Shown: piece after piece, positions 16,984 through 26,843 of the stretch
How positions within the stretch are numbered: the stretch's first letter is position 1
Layout: every line of letters begins with the position of its first letter
Source: an uncultured Pseudomonadales bacterium
GTDB lineage: Bacteria > Patescibacteriota > Microgenomatia > UBA1400 > UBA1396
Length of the DNA stretch: 60,362 nt
Direction: 5' to 3'
Assembly: GCA_964603945.1 (NCBI GenBank)
Contig: CAZRWP010000002.1
Coordinates: 59,527 to 119,888, forward strand
Made by a program: the position numbers and the translations under genes
Notes under the pieces: model-generated
What the model saw: the letters and a program-made list of their open reading frames with translations, nothing else
Databases searched by the model: none
Told to the model about the DNA's origin: nothing

Positions 16984-18552
16984 CTACGATAGCATTTTGC
17001 GGCGGACAAAAGCCAGTGCGGCGCCAGTTCCGCCGCTAAATAAACCAATGAAAGTAAAAGCAGTTGGCGTGCCGGTGTCAGGTTGCTTGGTTAGTGATTT
17101 GGTTTTGACGAAGGCGTTAATGGAACAACCATCATCGCCGCCAACCCACTCACCCTCACTATTTCTGATGTAACCTCGGACGTGATAGGTGCCTGCCTCA
17201 TCATATTCATGTTCGAAAATTTGGTCATCGTCAGTAGTCGTAATGCCGTCGCCAAAATCAAGTTTGTAATCGTCTATATCGCCTTTGTTGTCATAACCGG
17301 TGACCTTGAAGGTAAATAATGAGGGAGCTTTTCCATCATTGGTCTTATCGGTGATGAAAACATTTGAACAATCAGCGCGGTGGGATTCCACTGCTGAACT
17401 GCGGATAAAAACATCTGCTTCGCATTGGTTGCTGGAAATCCATTGTCCCTGACTATCCTTGATTTCAACTTTAGCGATAAATTTGCCAGAAGATTCATAG
17501 GTATGTGTGGTTTCTTTCTGATCAGTTTCAACTTGCTCGCCATCGCCAAAGAAATAACGGTAACTTTGTATATCACCTTTGTTGTCCTCAGCAAATGCTC
17601 GCAGAGTAACTTCAGCTGGTACCTGGCTATTGTTGCCACCTACTACATCAAGATCGCGACATTGCGACTCATGTGAGATAACTTTAGGTGTTGGTGTAGG
17701 CGTAACTTTGGGTGTAGGAGTAACCTGAGGCGTTGGTGTGACTTCTGGTGTAGGAGTTGGCTCAGGCTCCGGTTCTGGTTCTGGCTCTGGTTCGTCTGCT
17801 TTAACGGTAAACGAGTCGGTGTCAGAACAATTATCAATTGAACGTGAGTCGCATCTAAATGAATAGGTGCCTGGCTCAGTTAGTCTGAAGAAGCGCAGTT
17901 GGGCACTGTCGCGGACTTTTTCTTCCTGTCCACCTGGCTTGGTGACATAAATTGAAGAATCAGGTAAAAGTTCACTACCAGTCTTGGCAAAACAATTGAC
18001 ATCAATACGACTGCCAACTGACAGTTGTGGTGTGATATCACTGCCACTGATCCAATTCAAGTGGAGTGAGCGCCGGAATTGGGTATTAACTTCTTGATAG
18101 TCATTGCAGGTTGGGCCGCTAGGCTGAACTGTTGTAGGTTGCTCTGTCTGACAATCACCGGAATACCAGACTATATAATCACGCATGACGCAACTATCAT
18201 TCCAACCGCCATTATCTAAGCGGCATTTTTGATCAAAAACATCGATCTGGACAGTCTTGCCACAGGCGACATTACCAAGACTTTGGGTATTACTAAAAGC
18301 TGATTCATTACTACGGCACTCAGTTTGGCGTCCGTCACATTCATAACGGACCACATTTGGCCCGCCAGCGCTACAGCTTCCGGAATTAATATCACACTCC
18401 ATAGAACAGCTATGTGAATTGGCCGCGGTACCACTGCCACAGAGATTAGTGTAATAACCACTGCCGTAGGTAATAGCCGCTTTAGCGACATTGGGCAACC
18501 AAAACCCAACAGATAGAAGAAATGCAGTTAAAAGAAGGACTTTCTTGGTCAT
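16984..18552 (-). CDS. secreted Cys-rich / PKD-repeat surface protein with a C-terminal cell-wall-sorting-like signal
   Basis: Signal peptide MTKKVLLLTAFLLSVGFWLPNVAKA. Cys-rich N-terminal domain. EP/TP linker (EPEPEPEPEPEPTPTPEVTPTPQVTPTPKV). Two PKD-like repeats (YRYFFGDGE...THTYESSGKF; YKLDFGDGI...EHEYDEAGTY). C-terminus is KQPDTG plus a hydrophobic stretch plus RRK. Start set at ATG 18552, 6 nt after TATAAT. Confidence 0.7.
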   Translation of the reverse strand: MTKKVLLLTAFLLSVGFWLPNVAKAAITYGSGYYTNLCGSGTAANSHSCSMECDINSGSCSAGGPNVVRYECDGRQTECRSNESAFSNTQSLGNVACGKTVQIDVFDQKCRLDNGGWNDSCVMRDYIVWYSGDCQTEQPTTVQPSGPTCNDYQEVNTQFRRSLHLNWISGSDITPQLSVGSRIDVNCFAKTGSELLPDSSIYVTKPGGQEEKVRDSAQLRFFRLTEPGTYSFRCDSRSIDNCSDTDSFTVKADEPEPEPEPEPEPTPTPEVTPTPQVTPTPKVTPTPTPKVISHESQCRDLDVVGGNNSQVPAEVTLRAFAEDNKGDIQSYRYFFGDGEQVETDQKETTHTYESSGKFIAKVEIKDSQGQWISSNQCEADVFIRSSAVESHRADCSNVFITDKTNDGKAPSLFTFKVTGYDNKGDIDDYKLDFGDGITTTDDDQIFEHEYDEAGTYHVRGYIRNSEGEWVGGDDGCSINAFVKTKSLTKQPDTGTPTAFTFIGLFSGGTGAALAFVRRKMLS

Positions 18553-18650
18553 ACCCATATTATATCTAGACTATTTTAGCTGAGCAAGTACCCACTTTTG
18601 TTTAGAAAAGTATTAGAAAAAATCAATTATCTCACTGAATTGAAAGTCGC

Positions 18651-20429
18651 CTAACTGTCTTTGGGCATGCGAATCCAGATGCCGCTGTGTGGTGGCAAGG
18701 TAACTCGGTCGTCATTCAAAAACGCATAATTAATTGATAATTCATTGATGGACAACGGATTTACCCTTTGCATGTATGGTTCATCGCCCAGATTTACGTA
18801 CACTTCCAAATGATTATTACCTAGATCATAGCGGGCGGCAAAGATATCACGCTCAACCTCATAGATGCGCTCGGGAATCTGAGTGGCCATACTCTTGAAT
18901 CTTTTTCTGGTTCTAAAAATATCAGAAAATTTGAGATACAACTGAAGAGCTGATGGATGATTGCGATCCATATAAGAGATAACACCGCGGTTAGCATCGC
19001 GAGCGTCATCGGTCAGTTTCCCATTTGAATGATGACCATTGCCTGATTTTGATTTCTTATTCAGCAGAGCTTCTTGAGTAATGGTGTTGCGGAGTTTAGT
19101 CTTGGAATGCATGTAATTAAGATCATTTCCTTTACCAAGTTCATCGCCATACACAATTGCCGGTACGCCAGGTAGCGAGGCTAATAGGAAATAAGCAGTT
19201 AAGGCTTTGCGCGGTTCATCCTTAAAGAAAGAAGAAGTTCGTCCAGCCAAGCCGAAACCGGCTCTAAAAGGTAAGCCATTTCCTTTGAGACCTTCGTAAA
19301 TAAGCAGGCGTTCATTGGCTTCGGCAAATTCTAAGGTAAGTTCGTCATGATTACGGACAAAAGTGATCCACTGAGCCCAAGGCGGTTTATCAGCTGTCGC
19401 GGATAATGATTTCCAGATGTAGTCATGATTGGAGCTGATTAAGCTAGCCCACAAGCTTTGCATCAGTCGGAAATTGTAGGCGAACTCTGCTTCAACGGAA
19501 CCATTGCCAAAGTATGCTTTAGTAACTTCAATTGGCTGACAGGCTTCAACTAAAAAGGCTGTATGAGGCGCGGCCTGCTCCAGGATTTTATGAAACGATT
19601 GAACCAGCAAGTGCGTCCGGTTTGTGCTTTCAATAATACCTAGCTCAACTTGTTTGCCAATAAATGGCACCGCGTCCAACCGGAAATTTACACCCTTGCG
19701 GGCCCAAAAAATTAGAATATCTATTAAGGTTAAAAATACATCAGGATTGTTCCAATTAAGATCCGGCTGACTGGGATAAAACGTGTGATAGTACCAACGG
19801 CCGTCATCCCCTTCCCGCCAGTGTGGCAGTTCTAAAGCATCATCAGGGAAAATAATTCGGGCAGAAATTGTTTGGTCCTCCAATTTGTACTGAGCCCATA
19901 ATCCCAAGTCGTTTTCCCACTTTTTAAGCAAAATTGGTTTTTTGTCGACGTTAATATAAAAGTCGCGGAAATGTTCATCGCCATTTTGAGCCGCTTGGAA
20001 CCACTCAATTTGATCAGAAGTATGATTAAGAACCAGGTCAATAAAAACATTAATTTTTTCATTGACTGTTTTCTCTAAGAAATACTTCATGGCCTCATTA
20101 CCGCCTAAATTATCGCGGACCTTGGTAAAGTCACTGATGTCAAAGCCCTGATCCATTAAAGGCGATTTGAAAAACGGCAAAACATGGATGGCGTTACAGC
20201 CTAATTGACGAATATATGGGAGATTGTCGGCTAGAGTTAAGAAATCAGCCTGGCGCTCATCGCTAAAAGATTCCGGATACGTTACATAAAGCTGAATGGA
20301 CTTGTACCAATCAGGATCGGTTTGGTGAGGCAATGGTTTAGCGGGATTCTCTAAGTAGGGCTTGAGGTGCTCGATAATTTTGGTGGCCGCCTGAGGGTAG
20401 AGTTCGCCCAGCAAAGCTGGTAAAGTCAT
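18651..20429 (-). CDS. GH13 alpha-amylase-family enzyme (trehalose synthase/amylosucrase-like)
   Basis: GH13 conserved regions DLVLNHTSDQ, GVNFRLDAVPF, FLVEACQ and FVRNHDELTLE. Closest in pattern to TreS-like enzymes. Cytoplasmic. Confidence 0.75.
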   Translation of the reverse strand: MTLPALLGELYPQAATKIIEHLKPYLENPAKPLPHQTDPDWYKSIQLYVTYPESFSDERQADFLTLADNLPYIRQLGCNAIHVLPFFKSPLMDQGFDISDFTKVRDNLGGNEAMKYFLEKTVNEKINVFIDLVLNHTSDQIEWFQAAQNGDEHFRDFYINVDKKPILLKKWENDLGLWAQYKLEDQTISARIIFPDDALELPHWREGDDGRWYYHTFYPSQPDLNWNNPDVFLTLIDILIFWARKGVNFRLDAVPFIGKQVELGIIESTNRTHLLVQSFHKILEQAAPHTAFLVEACQPIEVTKAYFGNGSVEAEFAYNFRLMQSLWASLISSNHDYIWKSLSATADKPPWAQWITFVRNHDELTLEFAEANERLLIYEGLKGNGLPFRAGFGLAGRTSSFFKDEPRKALTAYFLLASLPGVPAIVYGDELGKGNDLNYMHSKTKLRNTITQEALLNKKSKSGNGHHSNGKLTDDARDANRGVISYMDRNHPSALQLYLKFSDIFRTRKRFKSMATQIPERIYEVERDIFAARYDLGNNHLEVYVNLGDEPYMQRVNPLSINELSINYAFLNDDRVTLPPHSGIWIRMPKDS

Positions 20430-20469
20430 GGTGTGAACACCTTACTAAGAAGGAGCGTCTGAGGCAAGT

Positions 20470-21015
20470 ATGAGAATAATACGTCTGTTTAGAGAAAATC
20501 CTGAATATCTTCGTGCCGCTGTCTATGGTTCCAATGATGGCCTGATTACGACCTTTGCGGTGGTGGCCTGCGCCACCGGCGCCGGCCTGCCGGCCTCGGT
20601 TGTAATTATTCTAGGCGGTTCTAACATCTTGGCGGATGGCCTGAGCATGGCTTTGGGCGATTTTTTAGGCGAACGTTCTGAGAGGCGTTTGGACCCAACC
20701 GAGGCACTAGAGTTTCCGGTCTGGCACACGGGCGCAATTACCTTCATGTTCTTTTTTATGTCTGGTTTATTACCGTTAATCCCCTATTTTTGGACCGCCA
20801 TTTGCGGTGATTGTGCCAAGATCGAATTAGCGCAGTATTTCCCACTTTCTGCCCTGGCGACCGCCGTGGCCATGTTCTCCATTGGCAGTTTGCGCAGTCT
20901 GGTAACCCGCGATTCCTGGCTTAAAAATGGTCTAGAAATGCTGGGTGTGGGTGTAATTGCCGCCACAGTGGCCTACTTTGCCGGCGCCTGGATTGAACAG
21001 ATGTTTGTTGGGTAA
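20470..21015 (+). CDS. VIT1/CCC1-family iron/manganese transporter
   Basis: VIT-family N-terminal motif (AAVYGSNDGLITTFAVV) followed by multiple TM helices. Confidence 0.65.
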   Translation: MRIIRLFRENPEYLRAAVYGSNDGLITTFAVVACATGAGLPASVVIILGGSNILADGLSMALGDFLGERSERRLDPTEALEFPVWHTGAITFMFFFMSGLLPLIPYFWTAICGDCAKIELAQYFPLSALATAVAMFSIGSLRSLVTRDSWLKNGLEMLGVGVIAATVAYFAGAWIEQMFVG

Positions 21016-21051
21016 GATTTCAGCTTAATAGGGAAAATAATAGTACTGCCT

Positions 21052-22830
21052 CTAACCGGTAAGCGCCTGCTTAACATCAGCCCAATTTCTAGTGTTAAGC
21101 ACTTCATTTTTGGCGGTCCAGCCGCGGCGAGCAGTCCAGACTCCGTAGCGCATCAAATCCATATTGTTGACGTAGTGCGTGTCCGTGTTTATAACAAATT
21201 TAACCTTGTGTTCATGGGCAATTCTCTGCAGTCCAGCTGGTAAATCCAATCGATCCGGTGAGGCATTTATCTCAACAAATTTATTATGTTTAGCACAGAA
21301 TTCAAAAATGGCCGACCAGTCAGCCTCAATGCCGGCTCTACTTAATAATAATCGTCCGGTGGGATGGCCTAAGATTCGCACCTTTGGGTGGTTCAATGCC
21401 GTTAAAATACGTTCAGTCATTGTCTCTTTTGGCTGTTTGTGTGATGTATGAATTGAAGCGATGGCAAAATCCAGTTCAGCTAAAACATCATCTTCTAAGG
21501 CAAGTGATCCATCCGCCGTGATATCGACTTCGTAACCAATTAATAACTGGACAACCCGGTCTTGCTCATCTTGCCAGCGCAGATAAGCCTCCTGAATTTG
21601 GGTGCTACGCACACGTGTAACTTCCAGACGTTCTTTAGCGGTTAAGCCGCGGCGCGGCGGATTGTGGTCAGTAATAGCGATGTAGTCATAACCCTTTTGC
21701 AAAGCTTTATCTAGAAGTTCCTCAACACTATTCGCGCCGCGATCATGGCTGGTGGGAATGTCCAGATTACAGTGCATATGTAAATCACCACAAATATCTT
21801 TAAGATCAACTAAATTTGGCAACTTACCTTTTTGCGCTGAGGCGATTTCTCCTCTATCTTCACGCAATTCCGGCGGAATAAACACCAAGCCAAGCTGGTT
21901 GTATAAATTAACCTCATCCTCAAAAGAAAGTGATTCTTCCTGCTCAGTTTTAAGACCATATTCTGACATGGAGTAACCTTGCTGAAGAGCCAATGTCCGT
22001 AAATGAATATTGTGTTGTTTAGAGCCGGTGAAGTGCTGAAGCATACTTCCCCAGCGATCCGGACTCTGAGTTTTCACATCCACTTGCAGTCCAGTTTGGT
22101 GACGGAAACTTGTCGATTTTGAGCCCGTGGCCAGGACTTGCCGTATGCCGGAATATTTTAATAAATGTTCCATAACCAGATCTGGCTTGTCCGTTTTGAC
22201 ACCGATATCAATGTCGCCGACAGTTGGTGCTCGCCGCCGCAAACTTCCCAAGCTCATTGCTTCTAGAACGTCAGGTGATGTTGTTAAATAACTAATGACA
22301 TCTTCCGCGATTGGTAAAGCTGTAGCCAAGAGCAGTCGTTTTTCATCTGAAGTGACATTAGCCAGAGCGTCAAGAATTTCCTGTTCTGATTTTTCACCAA
22401 AACCGGGTAAATTTTGAATCTTGCCCTGCTGAGCTACTTTCTTGAGCTTCTTGTAACCAGCTGGACCGCGGGGCAAATCAAACTCAGCCGCTAACGCCTG
22501 AGCTGTTTTCGGGCCCACTCCTTCTAACTTCATTAAATCTGGTACCGCCGGCGGCACTTTGGCTAAAATTTCCTGAAAATGTTTGACCTTACCGGTGCGG
22601 AAAAGTTCATCCAAGTAGCCAATAAAGGTGTCACCTAAACCAGGAATTGAATCCAAGTTCTCCTCCTGCCATAGCTGAAAAAGTGACTGGTTGGTTTGGC
22701 GGATGCTGGCCGCCGCCCGATCATAAGCGCGAATTCTAAACAGGTTTTTTTTGAGAATTTCCAGGGCGGCGGCCATGGTCTCAAACAGCTCAGCCACTTC
22801 TTGATTAGTCAGTGTATGCGCCACAGCCAC
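21052..22830 (-). CDS. polX: family X DNA polymerase with C-terminal PHP domain
   Basis: HhH motifs (IPGLGDT, LEGVGPKTA, LPGFGEKS), Pol-beta nucleotidyltransferase motif GSLRRRAPTVGDIDIGV, and PHP metal-binding motifs (GDLHMHCN..., ITDHNP, INTDTH). GTG start preceded by AAAGGAAAGG. Confidence 0.9.
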   Translation of the reverse strand: MAVAHTLTNQEVAELFETMAAALEILKKNLFRIRAYDRAAASIRQTNQSLFQLWQEENLDSIPGLGDTFIGYLDELFRTGKVKHFQEILAKVPPAVPDLMKLEGVGPKTAQALAAEFDLPRGPAGYKKLKKVAQQGKIQNLPGFGEKSEQEILDALANVTSDEKRLLLATALPIAEDVISYLTTSPDVLEAMSLGSLRRRAPTVGDIDIGVKTDKPDLVMEHLLKYSGIRQVLATGSKSTSFRHQTGLQVDVKTQSPDRWGSMLQHFTGSKQHNIHLRTLALQQGYSMSEYGLKTEQEESLSFEDEVNLYNQLGLVFIPPELREDRGEIASAQKGKLPNLVDLKDICGDLHMHCNLDIPTSHDRGANSVEELLDKALQKGYDYIAITDHNPPRRGLTAKERLEVTRVRSTQIQEAYLRWQDEQDRVVQLLIGYEVDITADGSLALEDDVLAELDFAIASIHTSHKQPKETMTERILTALNHPKVRILGHPTGRLLLSRAGIEADWSAIFEFCAKHNKFVEINASPDRLDLPAGLQRIAHEHKVKFVINTDTHYVNNMDLMRYGVWTARRGWTAKNEVLNTRNWADVKQALTG

Positions 22831-22871
22831 CTTTCCTTTTTGCTTTAAGCTTGATAAAAATTAAAGTTTCC

Positions 22872-23300
22872 TCAAGCTTTTTTTGGTTTCTTCTGCCGTT
22901 TTTCAATTTTGCTAATTGAATAGCGAACTCGCTCATCTAAGTTAATCTTTTTGATTCGGGCGAATCTCAACAGGGAAACTAAAATGTCGCCTAATTCTTC
23001 CTCATAAGTTTCATCAGCTTGAGCGGCTAAGTTAGTTGGTTTGCGGCCATGTTCAGCCAGGTATGCACGAGCCATTTCGCCGACCTCTTCAACCAGAGAT
23101 AAAATCAGCATGGAGCCGTACTCTTTAGTATATTTCAAGCCTTTATCAATTTCATCAAGTTTCCGGAAATATACACTAAATGGTGAGCTGATGAACTTTT
23201 GTTTATCGTCCCGTGGATCGTTTTTAACCGCTTTTAACTGAGCATCATTTTTATTGACAGATGTTTGATTGGTTGTTGATGATGTTGTTGATTTGGACAT
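22872..23300 (-). CDS. MazG-like nucleotide pyrophosphohydrolase domain protein
   Basis: EExxE...ExxD-type MazG pattern (LVEEVGEMARAY...EEELGDILVSLLRFA), with an S/T-rich N-terminal extension. Confidence 0.55.
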   Translation of the reverse strand: MSKSTTSSTTNQTSVNKNDAQLKAVKNDPRDDKQKFISSPFSVYFRKLDEIDKGLKYTKEYGSMLILSLVEEVGEMARAYLAEHGRKPTNLAAQADETYEEELGDILVSLLRFARIKKINLDERVRYSISKIEKRQKKPKKA

Positions 23301-23435
23301 AGTTATATTGTACGAGTTTATGTAAGAAAAAGGCTAATGAGATGGGAAATCTTGTCAGGAAGGTGGTAAAAATATCTACGATTTATGCTTGTTAACTCTT
23401 ACTCACTTCTCACTGCTCGAGTCTAAGCTGATTTA

Positions 23436-24083
23436 ATGGCGCGACTGGCGGTCACTATTTTATTAGTGGTTTTGTTGATTAGTATGGGCTGGTGGGGCTG
23501 GCGGCGTTTAAATTTAATCCCAATTCAAACAATTTTACCCGCCAGCCCCACACCCCTATCTGGTTTAATTATTTTTGGTGAGGAAACAACCTTAGTTTCC
23601 TCCCCTTCCCCGCCTCTACCCGTACCTGATGACTGGCTAACTTATGCGGAAATAAATTTTAATTTGTCTCTGCCGCCGGATTGGACGCGTGTTTTGGATG
23701 GAGTTAACTTGCTTAGGTTTCAAAATTATGCCGGTAATGAGATAACCGGATCATTTAATCCTCAAGATATTGCCGATAAATTAAAGATTGAGATTGTCCG
23801 TTTTAACTCCTCAAAAAATGTAGCGAGCTTTGTTAATCAACAAGAACAACAGCAGAAAATCAGTCAGCCGTCTGCACCAGCCTGGCAAAAAGAAACTTTG
23901 ATTTTAGACGGTCAGCGAGCCATGAAAGTTACGGTAGCTAGTTTTAACGGACCGGAGATTTATAATTATTATGTTGAGATTCCTGACAAGGAAGAGATCT
24001 TGCTGTTTTCATTTTTGCTTGATTTTCAAAATCACCAGCAGTTAAGGGATCAGATAATTAAGTCAATTAAATTTAAAACATAA
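23436..24083 (+). CDS. hypothetical membrane-anchored protein
   Basis: N-terminal TM helix then a ~190-aa extracytoplasmic domain. No recognisable motif. Confidence 0.5.
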   Translation: MARLAVTILLVVLLISMGWWGWRRLNLIPIQTILPASPTPLSGLIIFGEETTLVSSPSPPLPVPDDWLTYAEINFNLSLPPDWTRVLDGVNLLRFQNYAGNEITGSFNPQDIADKLKIEIVRFNSSKNVASFVNQQEQQQKISQPSAPAWQKETLILDGQRAMKVTVASFNGPEIYNYYVEIPDKEEILLFSFLLDFQNHQQLRDQIIKSIKFKT

Positions 24084-24117
24084 AGCAAATAACTAAATAA
24101 CTAAAGATAATTAAAAC

Positions 24118-25086
24118 TTAAAAAACGTCGGCTTGGCAGAAATTATTACTTTCCTGACAACCAAATTGGATCCAGTCATAAAAAGTTTGAGCTGATTTAT
24201 CGATAGTAATGATAACGCGGTCAAATTCTCGCGTGTGTTTTATAGTTTCTTCAATCTGAGCGAGCAATGACTGACTTCCGCAACTGGTGCTGGCATTTGG
24301 TATCAGTGGTCGAATGTCTTTTAAATTAAGATAAACCGTTCCATTTTCAATCTTCAATTCCGTTAGGATGTCAGCCGTGTCAGCAGAAAAAAATGAGGTA
24401 TAGCCCTGTTCTATTTCAGACGGAGTCGGTCCCTTAAAAAGTTCTTGCAAGCTTTTAACCAGATATTCATCAGCTGAGTTATAAGTAATATTTCTTTCCA
24501 CGCCATAAGTTAGTCCACAATCAGTATTGTCATCAGGTTCTTTAGCTGAGTTAGAAAAATAAATGATGGCAGTTTTATCTGCCGATGGATTTTGGGCAAT
24601 ATTTTGGCCGCATTTTATTTGATCAATCAGCCATGTGTCGCCCGTTTTTTCCAAGCTGATTAGTAGAGATCGGATTGAATTGGAAAAATTCAAAAACGTT
24701 TCCACTGACACTCTGGAATTGCCGACTTCGACTAAACCCACACTAAAGCTGGTTGGCTTATCCTGAGCACATAAAAAAGGATCGGCTTGAAACTGATAAC
24801 TGTAGCGCAGACTATCAATTTGATTTTTGAATCTTTCAGTTAGGTACGTACTGCCTTGATAAGCACGATCAGCCATGGGGTTACCATCATAAGCTAGATA
24901 CCAGTTATAAAAATTGTTAATGACTGTGGCTGGCTGACGGTCGTTTTGAAACTTTTCCTGCTCTTTTTTTAGTGAGCGATTTTGTAAAGCTGTTGATAGT
25001 TGAGGTTGCAAAATATAAGTCAATGAAAGCGTAATTAGAATGATGATTCCGGCTAGAATCCATTTGCTTTTGGTCAGCCTAGACAT
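24118..25086 (-). CDS. membrane-anchored protein with a C-terminal GerMN-like domain
   Basis: N-terminal TM helix. The C-terminal stretch LFKGPTPSEIEQGYTSFFSADTADILTELKIENGTVYLNL resembles the GerMN pattern. Confidence 0.45.
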   Translation of the reverse strand: MSRLTKSKWILAGIIILITLSLTYILQPQLSTALQNRSLKKEQEKFQNDRQPATVINNFYNWYLAYDGNPMADRAYQGSTYLTERFKNQIDSLRYSYQFQADPFLCAQDKPTSFSVGLVEVGNSRVSVETFLNFSNSIRSLLISLEKTGDTWLIDQIKCGQNIAQNPSADKTAIIYFSNSAKEPDDNTDCGLTYGVERNITYNSADEYLVKSLQELFKGPTPSEIEQGYTSFFSADTADILTELKIENGTVYLNLKDIRPLIPNASTSCGSQSLLAQIEETIKHTREFDRVIITIDKSAQTFYDWIQFGCQESNNFCQADVF

Positions 25087-25107
25087 ACTCTTATATCCTT
25101 ATAAATT

Positions 25108-25728
25108 TCATTCTACGGCTTCCGATTTTGCTTGGCAAGTAAGCCATAAACCCAACTGCTGTGTTTGAGCAAAAGTTTGTGCTGTTTGAAGCTGAGGCTG
25201 ATATTTAACATCTGGCGGATAGCTTATCGCGACTGCATAACCTTGTTTGACTAATTCTAAATTAACCATCATTCCATCAACATAAACATACCGAAGCAAT
25301 CTGCCAAAATAATCTTTGTCGCGAATATCGCTTTCAAGAGTAACTAGTTTATTTTCTACTAGCTCCTTATTCTTAGCCGTAGCTTCCCGATTAAAACACT
25401 CATCTTGATTCTTTTCTGGTGTATCAATACCGATATACCTGACTTTTTCACCTGTCGACAGTTCAATGGTGTCGCCATCAATTACACGCGTTACTAATAC
25501 AGCTGATCCAGACGTCGGTGGCGAAATTGTGGGAATTGGAAATGGCTCAGTTGACGCCGGAGTAGAAACTGCTGTTGGTGTTGGCTCAGTGACTACTTCT
25601 GGCAAATTATCAAGCGGTGTGTTGGGTGATTCGAAAATCCACACCACCAAGATGACCAATATCGAACCCAACAAGGCTGTTAATTTGCTGGATTTAAACC
25701 CACCAATATTTAATCGAAATAATGCCAT
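25108..25728 (-). CDS. thermonuclease (staphylococcal nuclease, SNase) family protein, secreted or anchored
   Basis: SNase motifs VTRVIDGDTIEL...VRYIGIDTPE and RDKDYFGRLLRYVYVDG...NLELVKQGYA. N-terminal TM or signal segment plus a Pro/Thr linker. Confidence 0.8.
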   Translation of the reverse strand: MALFRLNIGGFKSSKLTALLGSILVILVVWIFESPNTPLDNLPEVVTEPTPTAVSTPASTEPFPIPTISPPTSGSAVLVTRVIDGDTIELSTGEKVRYIGIDTPEKNQDECFNREATAKNKELVENKLVTLESDIRDKDYFGRLLRYVYVDGMMVNLELVKQGYAVAISYPPDVKYQPQLQTAQTFAQTQQLGLWLTCQAKSEAVE

Positions 25729-25901
25729 ATTTATTCATTGTACTTAAGTTTTGAGAAAATATTGGCAAGCTGATTCGGTAAAAAAAATAAAAAATTATTT
25801 TGTTCGCAACAATAACTATAGATTGAACTATCAATGAATATTGTCCTCTTGCGACTTTAGAAAAGATTGCTACACTGTGAGAAAGTGATATAGGAGACAC
25901 T

Positions 25902-26843
25902 ATGAAAATAGAATGGCAGGTTCTAAGAATTTCTTTAGCAACAATTCTGTTTTTTGGAGTTCTTACCCACTTGCAATTTGTAATTCCAATTATAAAAGGT
26001 GAAGTTACTCAAATTGAAATGATTAATGAGAGTAATGGATCTAGCGCAGAAGTGATCATTAATTCCAGTATAAAAAGTTCAAGTACAGATAATTGCAATG
26101 ATTGCGATGGAGATTGTTGTAAAACACCTACCCCATTGCCAACTCCGACCAAACCAGCGTCACCTAAACCAGAGCCATCTCCCGATACTTCTCCGACTCC
26201 TACATTCGTGCCAACTCCAACTCCCACGCCACAATTCACGCCTTCTGCAACACCTGTTACCGACGATGATTCAGATATTGGGGGAAATGATGTGATTCAA
26301 GGAGTGCTTGGAACTTCTGCTCCTCCAAGTGAAGATTCTAGCAACCCATTATTGGAAGGTCTTAAAACTACTGGTGAAATATTAGGCGCCAGTACTGCCT
26401 GGCCAAGCACAGGCGCTGAGGATGGCCAGTCTAATAAAGATCTACCAACTGATTTAAAATCCACTAAAGTTCGTTTAACCTTGCCCAGTTTGGGTAAGTC
26501 GTGGCAAATTCATGAAGGTCAGCAAGTCGGTCAAAATTTGATTGTTGGCGACCAAGAAGTAGCCTCGGTGCCAGGAACAAACGATCGAATGTTTTATGCC
26601 CACAACACCGATACTTCATTTGGTTCATTAGTTAATTTGAAAACTAACGATCAGCTTTACCTTGGAGAAGTTGGTGAGATGCAAGCCTACCGATTAAAAA
26701 CACAAAGACTGATCAACATCGATAAATCACCGCTGATTAATCAGAATCCTACTGAAGAGGAAGTCTGGTTAGCAACCTGCCGCGATGCCGATTCTGCCTG
26801 GCGGGTAGTATATGTGTTTGAAAAGTCTAAAATAGGTGTATGA
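25902..26843 (+). CDS. membrane-anchored protein with a divergent sortase-like C-terminal domain
   Basis: N-terminal TM helix and a Pro/Thr-rich linker (TPTPLPTPTKPASPKPEPSPDTSPTPTFVPTPTPTPQFTP). The C-terminal region has His (MFYAHNTD), a TLxTC-like VWLATC, and a downstream Arg (AWRVVY). AGGAG SD upstream. Confidence 0.5.
   Translation: MKIEWQVLRISLATILFFGVLTHLQFVIPIIKGEVTQIEMINESNGSSAEVIINSSIKSSSTDNCNDCDGDCCKTPTPLPTPTKPASPKPEPSPDTSPTPTFVPTPTPTPQFTPSATPVTDDDSDIGGNDVIQGVLGTSAPPSEDSSNPLLEGLKTTGEILGASTAWPSTGAEDGQSNKDLPTDLKSTKVRLTLPSLGKSWQIHEGQQVGQNLIVGDQEVASVPGTNDRMFYAHNTDTSFGSLVNLKTNDQLYLGEVGEMQAYRLKTQRLINIDKSPLINQNPTEEEVWLATCRDADSAWRVVYVFEKSKIGV

Noticed and set aside
17690-17800. Short tandem repeats at 17690-17800 (TP/EP-coding), 37685-37735 (SRSA-coding) and 11000-11060 (poly-Gly coding). 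Checked as possible CRISPR or VNTR arrays.
   Set aside because: All lie in frame inside CDS and encode low-complexity linkers. There is no repeat-spacer architecture anywhere in the window.
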